Source: Eledone cirrhosa
Taxonomy: Eukaryota
DNA length: 64,000 nt
Direction: 5' to 3'
NCBI GenBank assembly: GCA_964016885.1
Contig: OZ024750.1
Span: forward strand, 31,682,001-31,746,000
Below the pieces are notes generated by a model. It was not told the origin of the DNA and searched no databases. It saw only the letters and a program-made list of their open reading frames with translations. The position numbers and the translations under genes were made by a program. This document shows positions 45,417 to 57,980 of this stretch, piece after piece (position 1 is the stretch's first letter; each line of letters starts with the position of its first letter).

Positions 45417-47705
45417 TTAATTGTAAGTTGTGATGTTGCTGTTCCACTCATATTTTCTATTTAATTTTGGTTTTAATTCTTTTATGCTTACTGCCTCTGT
45501 AATTTGCCTAAACATTGCGTCTTTTCTATGCGTGGATTCTATTTTTATTTCTATGCTCTCTAATCTACCCCTGTGTTCTCTCTTAGCATGTTGGTAGAGC
45601 ACAGATGATTCTTTATTATCTTGGAGGTCTCGCCAGTGTTCATTCATTCGTTCCCCCTATACTACGAGCTGTCTCACCTATGTACACTATATTTTTGTTT
45701 CTACATTGTCCTTCAGTACATCTTATTGCTATACACTACATTTCTAGTTTTACCGTTAATATGGGGGCTTATTTTACAGGTTATACATTTCTTATCTATA
45801 CATGAGGGTCTTTGGAACGGGTATGTCTTGCTAATAAGTGTTTTTACGGAGGTACCAGGTCTTTCTACTATCTTAATATTGAGATTATGTTTATTTAGGG
45901 CCCTTCTAAATTTGTAGGCTAGTTCGCCTCTAGGGGTTGTATTGATGAACATTACACTCTGGTATTTATTGCTATCATACCATGAGTTTATTCTATTGGC
46001 CTTGTTCCTAGTTCTTATATTCTATTCCAAAATTTGCTCCTATACAAGGGGCAGGTCCCATTTATGTCATTATTTACCATTTTTTCCCATTTGGTTCTGG
46101 CTCCTTTATACACTCTGATTCTATCTCTCTGATTATAGCCAGAGAACTGCATACGGTGGATGAAGTGTTGTATGTGTCTCTCTAGTTCTTCGGGGTTGCA
46201 CATGCGGGACACATTTCTCATCACCCGTACCAAATCCGCAATCAGTATGTTGATTTTGGTATGGTCCGAAATGGCCGAGTTTCGGTGGATCAGATGTTTG
46301 GAAGTCATGGGTTTGGCATAATGGGAATGGAGGATTTGTTTTTGGTTGTTAATGGTATCTAACCAGAGCTCTGTGTCTAGTACAGGTAATCGATGGTTGG
46401 GATGTCTACTTGGGTAGTCTATAGTAACTCTAATGCTCTGGTGGATGGAGTTTGCTATTTGCTGGATGCTTTCCATTGTGTTTTTCTCTAGTTCCTGACT
46501 GTACTTTAGTGGGGGTGTCTTAACTACGATGTTTATATCATCTACGTAGCGGGAGTACATTATCAGGGTTAAGCTGTCTTCTAATTGTTCATTAAGTTTT
46601 TGTTTAAGTCTACTGTCCCACCATACCATGAATAAGTTAGCTATGTCGCCTGCAATGCTAACACCAATGGCTGCTCCTTCCTCTTGGGCATATGCTTTAC
46701 CATTAAATTTGAACATATGTTCCTTAAGGGTTAATTTTATGCTTGCCCCTACCGCATGTGCAATCATTTTCTTCAGTTCATCGTGGTTTTCGGGTGTCCG
46801 TATGGCTCTGGTCCACCCGTTCCATCTATCTGTGTGGGTTTTCTTGGCCATTGAGGTAATGGTAGGTGGTCTGCCTCTTGCTGGTCTTGTAGGGCACAGG
46901 TTGCTAAGGTCATAAGTGTCTAGGTAACTATTACTATGGGTAAGCTTAAGTAGAAGTCCCAGCTCACTGGTATCAATCCCACGGAACTCAACCTTGCTCT
47001 CGCTGATCATTTCTACGCATTTCTCCACAGCAAAATCCACGTCAATAGATGGGTACAGGGACACAACATCCATACTGCCTATTATGCAGTTTGTTAGGTC
47101 CCCAGATCGGTTACCCGCGCCGATTCTGCTGAGGAGGTCCTCCGTGCTGTCACACACATCTGGGGACATCTAAATGATCGGGCGTATGATCAGGGAGAGG
47201 AAGTAGGACAGTCTGTAGTTACTAGCAATGTTAGCCCCACAGACTGGTCATGTTGGTGGTCCCGTGACAGGGTCCCAGCCCGTTTTATGGTCTTTTCGAA
47301 GCCCAGACAACGCCGGCACGTCATTGTTCCAGGCCTAGAAGTTGTTGGCAGTCCTTTTGTTGGGCTGCATTATATTTGTCCACATCACCATATGGGCATT
47401 GAGGGCTTTTTCTCTATCCTCATGCTCCTGTGGTGTTACCTCTCTTGTGTTAGTGATGTGGGGTTGCATTGCCTGGATGTAGTTTGGCAGGCTGTCAACC
47501 GACATTCTGCCAGACTTGTCTTTTGGAAAACATGCTATCTCTCCATTACGCGAGCGCTGCATGAGCTTACGCAAGCCACTTGCAAATTCTTCTCCCAGTT
47601 GCTGGGCCTCTATTCTATTATGCTTCTTGCTATACTGTTCTATAATATTTCTAAGTTCGGATTTAGCTATACTAAATTGTGCTTCTGTTTGTTCATCGAC
47701 CTGCG
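45417..47705 (-). pseudogene. Decayed Penelope-like element ORF: reverse transcriptase plus C-terminal GIY-YIG endonuclease (Naiad-like), 5'-truncated
   Basis: Minus-strand translation gives DKSG, LRKDHK, T*PVCGA (RPV motif), GSMDVVSLYPSI, GAAIGVSIAGDIANLFM, YSRYVDDI, LPVLDTELW, MQFSGY, then C-x4-C-x2-C...RNVVY...C-x4-C...VYIGETARSIGERMNEH...RQITEA...PKLNRKYEW. Three in-frame stops (TAG ~47335, TGA ~47249, TAG ~47170) and three frameshifts (~46017, ~45730, ~45655). Clade assignment is from remembered motif resemblance only. Confidence 0.92.
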
Positions 47706-47872
47706 ACGACAACATAGAAATTAGAATAATATCTAAACATAGGAATGACCCAGCAGATAGGCAAATCAGAGAGGCCAGTGAAATAGAAATTAGAAGACCA
47801 AAGCTAAACAGAAAGAATGAGTGGAACAACAACAACACCCAAACAAACAACACTGACCTAAGAGAAGTATAA
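47706..47872 (+). pseudogene. Inverted C-terminal fragment of a second PLE GIY-YIG endonuclease
   Basis: IEIRIISKHRNDPADRQIREASEIEIRRPKLNRKNEWN aligns without gaps to IEIKIESTHRKDAMFRQITEAVSIKELKPKLNRKYEWN (within 45417-45560, minus); 23/38 identical by hand count. Junction position is approximate. Confidence 0.85.
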
Positions 47873-48149
47873 ATAAGTAAATAAAATTAAATTAAATAAG
47901 ATAAATAAATACATACACAAGCACAATAACAACAAGCACATAAACACACACTAGTCACCCAGCAGACATAACACTATACACACTAGTCACACATCACACA
48001 TAACACTATACACACACGCAAACGCATGCGCAAAGAAGACAAAATAAAATAAGATAAACAAACAAGCAAATAAATAAATAAATATATAGACAGACTGAAT
48101 AAAAAATGGCGTAGGCATACAACACAACAGGAGGAACAATGAATATAAC

Positions 48150-48191
48150 ACCACTGACGATGTTGCAGATGTGCAACGAAAGATTTATGTA
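48150..48191 (+). ncRNA. Type I hammerhead-like motif in inverted pseudo-LTR (weak stem I)
   Basis: CA CUGACGA u GUUGCA-GAUG-UGCAAC GAA AG-AU-UU A/UG; same one-nucleotide insertion as the 45095 HHR; stem I only about 2 clear bp. Confidence 0.6.
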
Positions 48192-48463
48192 AATTATGTA
48201 AACTATATATATATATATGTGTTTGTGTCTATATTGTATCTGTATTATTTTTGACCGCCGGTCAGTCAATGGCAACATTGAGGACCGAGTAAGTTAGATC
48301 GCAGATATAATAAAAGACAGCGAGAAGCGAAAACCAACCAAACAGTGAGTGTGTTCTGTTATTAATTCTGGCAATATTACGCAAATATGACCCTCCCCAA
48401 GTATAACAATATATATATATTTATATATATATATTTATATATTTATATTTATATATATATATT

Positions 48464-48537
<74 letters not shown>

Positions 48538-48589
48538 TATATATATATATTTATATATATATATTTATATATATATATTTATATATATA

Positions 48590-48672
<83 letters not shown>

Positions 48673-48675
<3 letters not shown>

Positions 48676-51600
48676 AAAACAAATAACGAAACGAAATTAA
48701 ATTTCGTTTCGTTTGTAACTCACTTTTGTATGACTGACGCTTAAACAATTAAGTTAAAGATGTACATCCATATATGTATACTGAAATACTAGTATGTATA
48801 TGAATACACACACGTATACATATGTAGATGTACCAAGTTTTTTCACTGGTCACTTTACTGTGAGTGGCCAGCTATTCTGTATGTAAACACACAGACAAAC
48901 CGGTTTTTAGAGTCATACTGGTTTTTGAGGAAACACCTTTCCTCTATTCTCCAGAAAGCCAGACAAGGAATATTGAACTAGTTTCGTTGTTGTTACAACT
49001 CATCAGCAATATTTACCTATCTTCCGGCCTCTCTAGAGAATCGTAAAAGCACATATCGTTATATGCTTTTTCTATGAAAATTAGTAGTGGGCAGACTAAT
49101 TTGCATAGAGTGTGAGTAAGTACCGGTTCAACGGAGACGATAAAAACAAATAACGAAACGAAATTAAATTTCGTTTCGTTTGTAACTCACTTTTGTATGA
49201 CTGACGCTTAAACAATTAAGTTAAAGATGTACATCCATATATGTATACTGAAATACTAGTATGTATATGAATACACACACGTATACATATGTAGATGTAC
49301 CAAGTTTTTTCACTGGTCACTTTACTGTGAGTGGCCAGCTATTCTGTATGTAAACACACAGACAAACCGGTTTTTAGAGTCATACTGGTTTTTGAGGAAA
49401 CACCTTTCCTCTATTCTCCAGAAAGCCAGACAAGGAATATTGAACTAGTTTCGTTGTTGTTACAACTCATCAGCAATATTTACCTATCTTCCGGCCTCTC
49501 TAGAGAATCGTAAAAGCACATATCGTTATATGCTTTTTCTATGAAAATTAGTAGTGGACAGACTAATTTGCATAGAGTGTGAGTAAGTACCGGTTCAACG
49601 GAGACGATAAAAACAAATAACGAAACGAAATTAAATTTCGTTTCGTTTGTAACTCACTTTTGTATGACTGACGCTTAAACAATTAAGTTAAAGATGTACA
49701 TCCATATATGTATACTGAAATACTAGTATGTATATGAATACACACACGTATACATATGTAGATGTACCAAGTTTTTTCACTGGTCACTTTACTGTGAGTG
49801 GCCAGCTATTCTGTATGTAAACACACAGACAAACCGGTTTTTAGAGTCATACTGGTTTTTGAGGAAACACCTTTCCTCTATTCTCCAGAAAGCCAGACAA
49901 GGAATATTGAACTAGTTTCGTTGTTGTTACAACTCATCAGCAATATTTACCTATCTTCCGGCCTCTCTAGAGAATCGTAAAAGCACATATCGTTATATGC
50001 TTTTTCTATGAAAATTAGTAGTGGGCAGACTAATTTGCATAGAGTGTGAGTAAGTACCGGTTCAACGGAGACGATAAAAACAAATAACGAAACGAAATTA
50101 AATTTCGTTTCGTTTGTAACTCACTTTTGTATGACTGACGCTTAAACAATTAAGTTAAAGATGTACATCCATATATGTATACTGAAATACTAGTATGTAT
50201 ATGAATACACACACGTATACATATGTAGATGTACCAAGTTTTTTCACTGGTCACTTTACTGTGAGTGGCCAGCTATTCTGTATGTAAACACACAGACAAA
50301 CCGGTTTTTAGAGTCATACTGGTTTTTGAGGAAACACCTTTCCTCTATTCTCCAGAAAGCCAGACAAGGAATATTGAACTAGTTTCGTTGTTGTTACAAC
50401 TCATCAGCAATATTTACCTATCTTCCGGCCTCTCTAGAGAATCGTAAAAGCACATATCGTTATATGCTTTTTCTATGAAAATTAGTAGTGGGCAGACTAA
50501 TTTGCATAGAGTGTGAGTAAGTACCGGTTCAACGGAGACGATAAAAACAAATAACGAAACGAAATTAAATTTCGTTTCGTTTGTAACTCACTTTTGTATG
50601 ACTGACGCTTAAACAATTAAGTTAAAGATGTACATCCATATATGTATACTGAAATACTAGTATGTATATGAATACACACACGTATACATATGTAGATGTA
50701 CCAAGTTTTTTCACTGGTCACTTTACTGTGAGTGGCCAGCTATTCTGTATGTAAACACACAGACAAACCGGTTTTTAGAGTCATACTGGTTTTTGAGGAA
50801 ACACCTTTCCTCTATTCTCCAGAAAGCCAGACAAGGAATATTGAACTAGTTTCGTTGTTGTTACAACTCATCAGCAATATTTACCTATCTTCCGGCCTCT
50901 CTAGAGAATCGTAAAAGCACATATCGTTATATGCTTTTTCTATGAAAATTAGTAGTGGACAGACTAATTTGCATAGAGTGTGAGTAAGTACCGGTTCAAC
51001 GGAGACGATAAAAACAAATAACGAAACGAAATTAAATTTCGTTTCGTTTGTAACTCACTTTTGTATGACTGACGCTTAAACAATTAAGTTAAAGATGTAC
51101 ATCCATATATGTATACTGAAATACTAGTATGTATATGAATACACACACGTATACATATGTAGATGTACCAAGTTTTTTCACTGGTCACTTTACTGTGAGT
51201 GGCCAGCTATTCTGTATGTAAACACACAGACAAACCGGTTTTTAGAGTCATACTGGTTTTTGAGGAAACACCTTTCCTCTATTCTCCAGAAAGCCAGACA
51301 AGGAATATTGAACTAGTTTCGTTGTTGTTACAACTCATCAGCAATATTTACCTATCTTCCGGCCTCTCTAGAGAATCGTAAAAGCACATATCGTTATATG
51401 CTTTTTCTATGAAAATTAGTAGTGGGCAGACTAATTTGCATAGAGTGTGAGTAAGTACCGGTTCAACGGAGACGATAAAAACAAATAACGAAACGAAATT
51501 AAATTTCGTTTCGTTTGTAACTCACTTTTGTATGACTGACGCTTAAACAATTAAGTTAAAGATGTACATCCATATATGTATACTGAAATACTAGTATGTA

Positions 51601-54600
51601 TATGAATACACACACGTATACATATGTAGATGTACCAAGTTTTTTCACTGGTCACTTTACTGTGAGTGGCCAGCTATTCTGTATGTAAACACACAGACAA
51701 ACCGGTTTTTAGAGTCATACTGGTTTTTGAGGAAACACCTTTCCTCTATTCTCCAGAAAGCCAGACAAGGAATATTGAACTAGTTTCGTTGTTGTTACAA
51801 CTCATCAGCAATATTTACCTATCTTCCGGCCTCTCTAGAGAATCGTAAAAGCACATATCGTTATATGCTTTTTCTATGAAAATTAGTAGTGGGCAGACTA
51901 ATTTGCATAGAGTGTGAGTAAGTACCGGTTCAACGGAGACGATAAAAACAAATAACGAAACGAAATTAAATTTCGTTTCGTTTGTAACTCACTTTTGTAT
52001 GACTGACGCTTAAACAATTAAGTTAAAGATGTACATCCATATATGTATACTGAAATACTAGTATGTATATGAATACACACACGTATACATATGTAGATGT
52101 ACCAAGTTTTTTCACTGGTCACTTTACTGTGAGTGGCCAGCTATTCTGTATGTAAACACACAGACAAACCGGTTTTTAGAGTCATACTGGTTTTTGAGGA
52201 AACACCTTTCCTCTATTCTCCAGAAAGCCAGACAAGGAATATTGAACTAGTTTCGTTGTTGTTACAACTCATCAGCAATATTTACCTATCTTCCGGCCTC
52301 TCTAGAGAATCGTAAAAGCACATATCGTTATATGCTTTTTCTATGAAAATTAGTAGTGGGCAGACTAATTTGCATAGAGTGTGAGTAAGTACCGGTTCAA
52401 CGGAGACGATAAAAACAAATAACGAAACGAAATTAAATTTCGTTTCGTTTGTAACTCACTTTTGTATGACTGACGCTTAAACAATTAAGTTAAAGATGTA
52501 CATCCATATATGTATACTGAAATACTAGTATGTATATGAATACACACACGTATACATATGTAGATGTACCAAGTTTTTTCACTGGTCACTTTACTGTGAG
52601 TGGCCAGCTATTCTGTATGTAAACACACAGACAAACCGGTTTTTAGAGTCATACTGGTTTTTGAGGAAACACCTTTCCGCTATTCTCCAGAAAGCCAGAC
52701 AAGGAATATTGAACTAGTTTCGTTGTTGTTACAACTCATCAGCAATATTTACCTATCTTCCGGCCTCTCTAGAGAATCGTAAAAGCACATATCGTTATAT
52801 GCTTTTTCTATGAAAATTAGTAGTGGGCAGACTAATTTGCATAGAGTGTGAGTAAGTACCGGTTCAACGGAGACGATAAAAACAAATAACGAAACGAAAT
52901 TAAATTTCGTTTCGTTTGTAACTCACTTTTGTATGACTGACGCTTAAACAATTAAGTTAAAGATGTACATCCATATATGTATACTGAAATACTAGTATGT
53001 ATATGAATACACACACGTATACATATGTAGATGTACCAAGTTTTTTCACTGGTCACTTTACTGTGAGTGGCCAGCTATTCTGTATGTAAACACACAGACA
53101 AACCGGTTTTTAGAGTCATACTGGTTTTTGAGGAAACACCTTTCCTCTATTCTCCAGAAAGCCAGACAAGGAATATTGAACTAGTTTCGTTGTTGTTACA
53201 ACTCATCAGCAATATTTACCTATCTTCCGGCCTCTCTAGAGAATCGTAAAAGCACATATCGTTATATGCTTTTTCTATGAAAATTAGTAGTGGGCAGACT
53301 AATTTGCATAGAGTGTGAGTAAGTACCGGTTCAACGGAGACGATAAAAACAAATAACGAAACGAAATTAAATTTCGTTTCGTTTGTAACTCACTTTTGTA
53401 TGACTGACGCTTAAACAATTAAGTTAAAGATGTACATCCATATATGTATACTGAAATACTAGTATGTATATGAATACACACACGTATACATATGTAGATG
53501 TACCAAGTTTTTTCACTGGTCACTTTACTGTGAGTGGCCAGCTATTCTGTATGTAAACACACAGACAAACCGGTTTTTAGAGTCATACTGGTTTTTGAGG
53601 AAACACCTTTCCTCTATTCTCCAGAAAGCCAGACAAGGAATATTGAACTAGTTTCGTTGTTGTTACAACTCATCAGCAATATTTACCTATCTTCCGGCCT
53701 CTCTAGAGAATCGTAAAAGCACATATCGTTATATGCTTTTTCTATGAAAATTAGTAGTGGGCAGACTAATTTGCATAGAGTGTGAGTAAGTACCGGTTCA
53801 ACGGAGACGATAAAAACAAATAACGAAACGAAATTAAATTTCGTTTCGTTTGTAACTCACTTTTGTATGACTGACGCTTAAACAATTAAGTTAAAGATGT
53901 ACATCCATATATGTATACTGAAATACTAGTATGTATATGAATACACACACGTATACATATGTAGATGTACCAAGTTTTTTCACTGGTCACTTTACTGTGA
54001 GTGGCCAGCTATTCTGTATGTAAACACACAGACAAACCGGTTTTTAGAGTCATACTGGTTTTTGAGGAAACACCTTTCCTCTATTCTCCAGAAAGCCAGA
54101 CAAGGAATATTGAACTAGTTTCGTTGTTGTTACAACTCATCAGCAATATTTACCTATCTTCCGGCCTCTCTAGAGAATCGTAAAAGCACATATCATTATA
54201 TGCTTTTTCTATGAAAATTAGTAGTGGGCAGACTAATTTGCATAGAGTGTGAGTAAGTACCGGTTCAACGGAGACGATAAAAACAAATAACGAAACGAAA
54301 TTAAATTTCGTTTCGTTTGTAACTCACTTTTGTATGACTGACGCTTAAACAATTAAGTTAAAGATGTACATCCATATATGTATACTGAAATACTAGTATG
54401 TATATGAATACACACACGTATACATATGTAGATGTACCAAGTTTTTTCACTGGTCACTTTACTGTGAGTGGCCAGCTATTCTGTATGTAAACACACAGAC
54501 AAACCGGTTTTTAGAGTCATACTGGTTTTTGAGGAAACACCTTTCCTCTATTCTCCAGAAAGCCAGACAAGGAATATTGAACTAGTTTCGTTGTTGTTAC

Positions 54601-55008
54601 AACTCATCAGCAATATTTACCTATCTTCCGGCCTCTCTAGAGAATCGTAAAAGCACATATCGTTATATGCTTTTTCTATGAAAATTAGTAGTGGGCAGAC
54701 TAATTTGCATAGAGTGTGAGTAAGTACCGGTTCAACGGAGACGATAAAAACAAATAACGAAACGAAATTAAATTTCGTTTCGTTTGTAACTCACTTTTGT
54801 ATGACTGACGCTTAAACAATTAAGTTAAAGATGTACATCCATATATGTATACTGAAATACTAGTATGTATATGAATACACACACGTATACATATGTAGAT
54901 GTACCAAGTTTTTTCACTGGTCACTTTACTGTGAGTGGCCAGCTATTCTGTATGTAAACACACAGACAAACCGGTTTTTAGAGTCATACTGGTTTTTGAG
55001 GAAACACC
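48673..55008 (-). repeat. Tandem array of a 467-bp HHR-containing unit (13 full units plus a partial one); candidate non-LTR retrozyme, HHR-sense is minus
   Basis: Exact 467-bp period (unit starts 48673, 49140, 49607 ... 54744); only isolated substitutions seen (49558, 50959, 52679, 54195). Confidence 0.97.
48969..49013 (-). ncRNA. Type I hammerhead ribozyme; first of 13 minus-strand copies spaced 467 bp apart (last at 54573-54617)
   Basis: AAUAUUG CUGAUGA GUUGU-AACA-ACAAC GAA AC-UA-GU U/CAAUAUU: canonical core, 7-bp stem I, 5-bp stem II, palindromic ACUAGU stem III, GUU triplet. Confidence 0.93.
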
Positions 55009-55024
55009 TTTTTGAGGAAACACC

Positions 55025-56297
55025 TTTTCATAGAAAAAGCATATAACGATATGTGCTTTTACGATTCTCTAGAGAGGCCGGAAGATAGGTAAATATTGCT
55101 GATGAGTTGTAACAACAACGAAACTAGTTCAATATTCCTTGTCTGGCTTTCTGGAGAATAGAGGAAAGGTGTTTCCTCAAAAACCAGTATGACTCTAAAA
55201 ACCGGTTTGTCTGTGTGTTTACATACAGAATAGCTGGCCACTCACAGTAAAGTGACCAGTGAAAAAACTTGGTACATCTACATATGTATACGTGTGTGTA
55301 TTCATATACATACTAGTATTTCAGTATACATATATGGATGTACATCTTTAACTTAATTGTTTAAGCGTCAGTCATACAAAAGTGAGTTACAAACGAAACG
55401 AAATTTAATTTCGTTTCGTTATTTGTTTTTATCGTCTCCGTTGAACCGGTACTTACTCACACTCTATGCAAATTAGTCTGCCCACTACTAATTTTCATAG
55501 AAAAAGCATATAACGATATGTGCTTTTACGATTCTCTAGAGAGGCCGGAAGATAGGTAAATATTGCTGATGAGTTGTAACAACAACGAAACTAGTTCAAT
55601 ATTCCTTGTCTGGCTTTCTGGAGAATAGAGGAAAGGTGTTTCCTCAAAAACCAGTATGACTCTAAAAACCGGTTTGTCTGTGTGTTTACATACAGAATAG
55701 CTGGCCACTCACAGTAAAGTGACCAGTGAAAAAACTTGGTACATCTACATATGTATACGTGTGTGTATTCATATACATACTAGTATTTCAGTATACATAT
55801 ATGGATGTACATCTTTAACTTAATTGTTTAAGCGTCAGTCATACAAAAGTGAGTTACAAACGAAACGAAATTTAATTTCGTTTCGTTATTTGTTTTTATC
55901 GTCTCCGTTGAACCGGTACTTACTCACTCTCTATGCAAATTAGTCTGCCCACTACTAATTTTCATAGAAAAAGCATATAACGATATGTGCTTTTACGATT
56001 CTCTAGAGAGGCCGGCAGATAGGTAAATATTGCTGATGAGTTGTAACAACAACGAAACTAGTTCAATATTCCTTGTCTGGCTTTCTGGAGAATAGAGGAA
56101 AGGTGTTTCCTCAAAAACCAGTATGACTCTAAAAACCGGTTTGTCTGTGTGTTTACATACAGAATAGCTGGCCACTCACAGTAAAGTGACCAGTGAAAAT
56201 ACTTGGTACATCTACATATGTATACGTGTGTGTATTCATATACATACTAGTATTTCAGTATACATATATGGATGTACATCTTTAACTTAATTGTTTA
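55025..56297 (+). repeat. Inverted continuation of the 467-bp array (~2.7 units)
   Basis: Reverse complement of the same unit with a 467-bp period; begins after a 16-bp direct duplication (54993-55008/55009-55024) and ends in (TA)n. Confidence 0.97.
55092..55136 (+). ncRNA. Type I hammerhead ribozyme in the inverted arm (also 55559-55603 and 56026-56070)
   Basis: aatattg ctgatga gttgt aaca acaac gaaa ctag tt caatatt read directly on the plus strand. Confidence 0.93.
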
Positions 56298-56895
56298 TAT
56301 ATATATATTTATATATATATATTTATATATATATATTTATATATATATATTTATATATATATATTTATATATATATATTTATATTTATATATATATATAT
56401 TTATATATATATATTTATATATATATATTTATATATATATATTTATATATATATATTTATATATATATATTTATATATATATATTTATATATATATATTT
56501 ATATTTATATATATATATATTTATATATATATATTTATATATATATATTTATATATATATATTTATATATATATATTTATATTTATATATTTATATTTAT
56601 ATTTATATATATATATTTATATTTATATTTATATATATATATATTTATATTTATATTTATATATAAATAAATATAAATATATATATTTATATTTATATAT
56701 ATATATAAATAAATATAAATATATATATTTATATTTATATATATATATATATAAATATATATATTTATATTTATATATATATATATATATAAATATATAT
56801 ATTTATATTTATATATATATATAAATATATATATTTATATTTATATATATATATAAATAAATATAAATATATATATTTATATATATATATATATA

Positions 56896-56943
<48 letters not shown>

Positions 56944-56986
56944 TAAATAGTTAAAAGAATAGAGGTGTAACACACAAGTTATTATA

Positions 56987-57182
56987 TATTGGTAAACGGA
57001 ATAGAAAATGCTGACAAATTGTTCACAGTTGAAAAATGGTTTAATTAGGAATAAAAGAGTATTAGTGATTGTATGGGTTAGTATTCAGTTGTGGTTTTAA
57101 GTTTTTAAGTTTTTACCGCTTGCGCATTTCTATTTTTCAACTGTGAACAATTTGTCAGCATTTTCTATTCCGTTTACCAATA
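56987..57182. repeat. Perfect 51-bp inverted repeat within TA tracts
   Basis: 56987-57037 is the reverse complement of 57132-57182. Confidence 0.9.
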
Positions 57183-57434
57183 AATATAAATATATATATT
57201 TATATATATATATATATATAAATATAAATATATATATATAAATATAAATATATATATAAATATAAATATATATATAAATATAAATATATATAATTATAAA
57301 TATATATATTTATATCTATATATATATAAATATAAATATATATATATAAATATAAATATATATATAAATATAAATATATATATAAATATAGATATATATA
57401 AATATAAATATATATATGTATATATATATATATA

Positions 57435-57466
<32 letters not shown>

Positions 57467-57489
57467 AATATATATAAATATAAATATAT

Positions 57490-57522
<33 letters not shown>

Positions 57523-57980
57523 TAAATATATATATCGTGTGTTAAACAGTCTTCCTAAATATTTTGAAGTGGAACATACCAATTTTTATAGTGCTAGCTG
57601 AGGAGATCAAAATGCGGTATTCCTTCCACTTTTTCATTATTCGAAACATATTTGGATTTTAAGGTTTAAGCCTGTCTACGGAACAGGTTTGATTTTGAAA
57701 TTTAAATTTGTCCAAGCACCACGGCCATTGCCAATACAATTTGTTTTTGTTGATTTATGATGTATTATCTTAAGTCATGATAGGCAAACTGTAATATTAT
57801 TATTAGTATATTTCTTTCTAGCTAACTTGGTCATTTACAATACATACATAAATATGAGGATTTGCTTATCAAATATATTGATTTGTGTTAACCTATATAT
57901 TTATATATATATATATATATAAATATAAATATATATATTTATATATATATATATAAATATAAATATATATATTTATATAT

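Noticed and set aside
45713-47337. Selenocysteine (UGA) recoding as reported for some Naiad PLEs
   Set aside because: The TGA at 45713 is out of frame after a frameshift, the TGA at ~47249 replaces the Arg of the RPV motif, and the other stops are TAG; this is ordinary decay.
48864-56175. Repeated 60-aa ORF MASYSVCKHTDK... (16 copies)
   Set aside because: GTG start, antisense to the ribozyme, no recognisable domain; it recurs only because the unit repeats.
48673-56297. CRISPR-like array next to an RT
   Set aside because: Units are identical along their whole length with no variable spacers; no cas genes; eukaryotic context.
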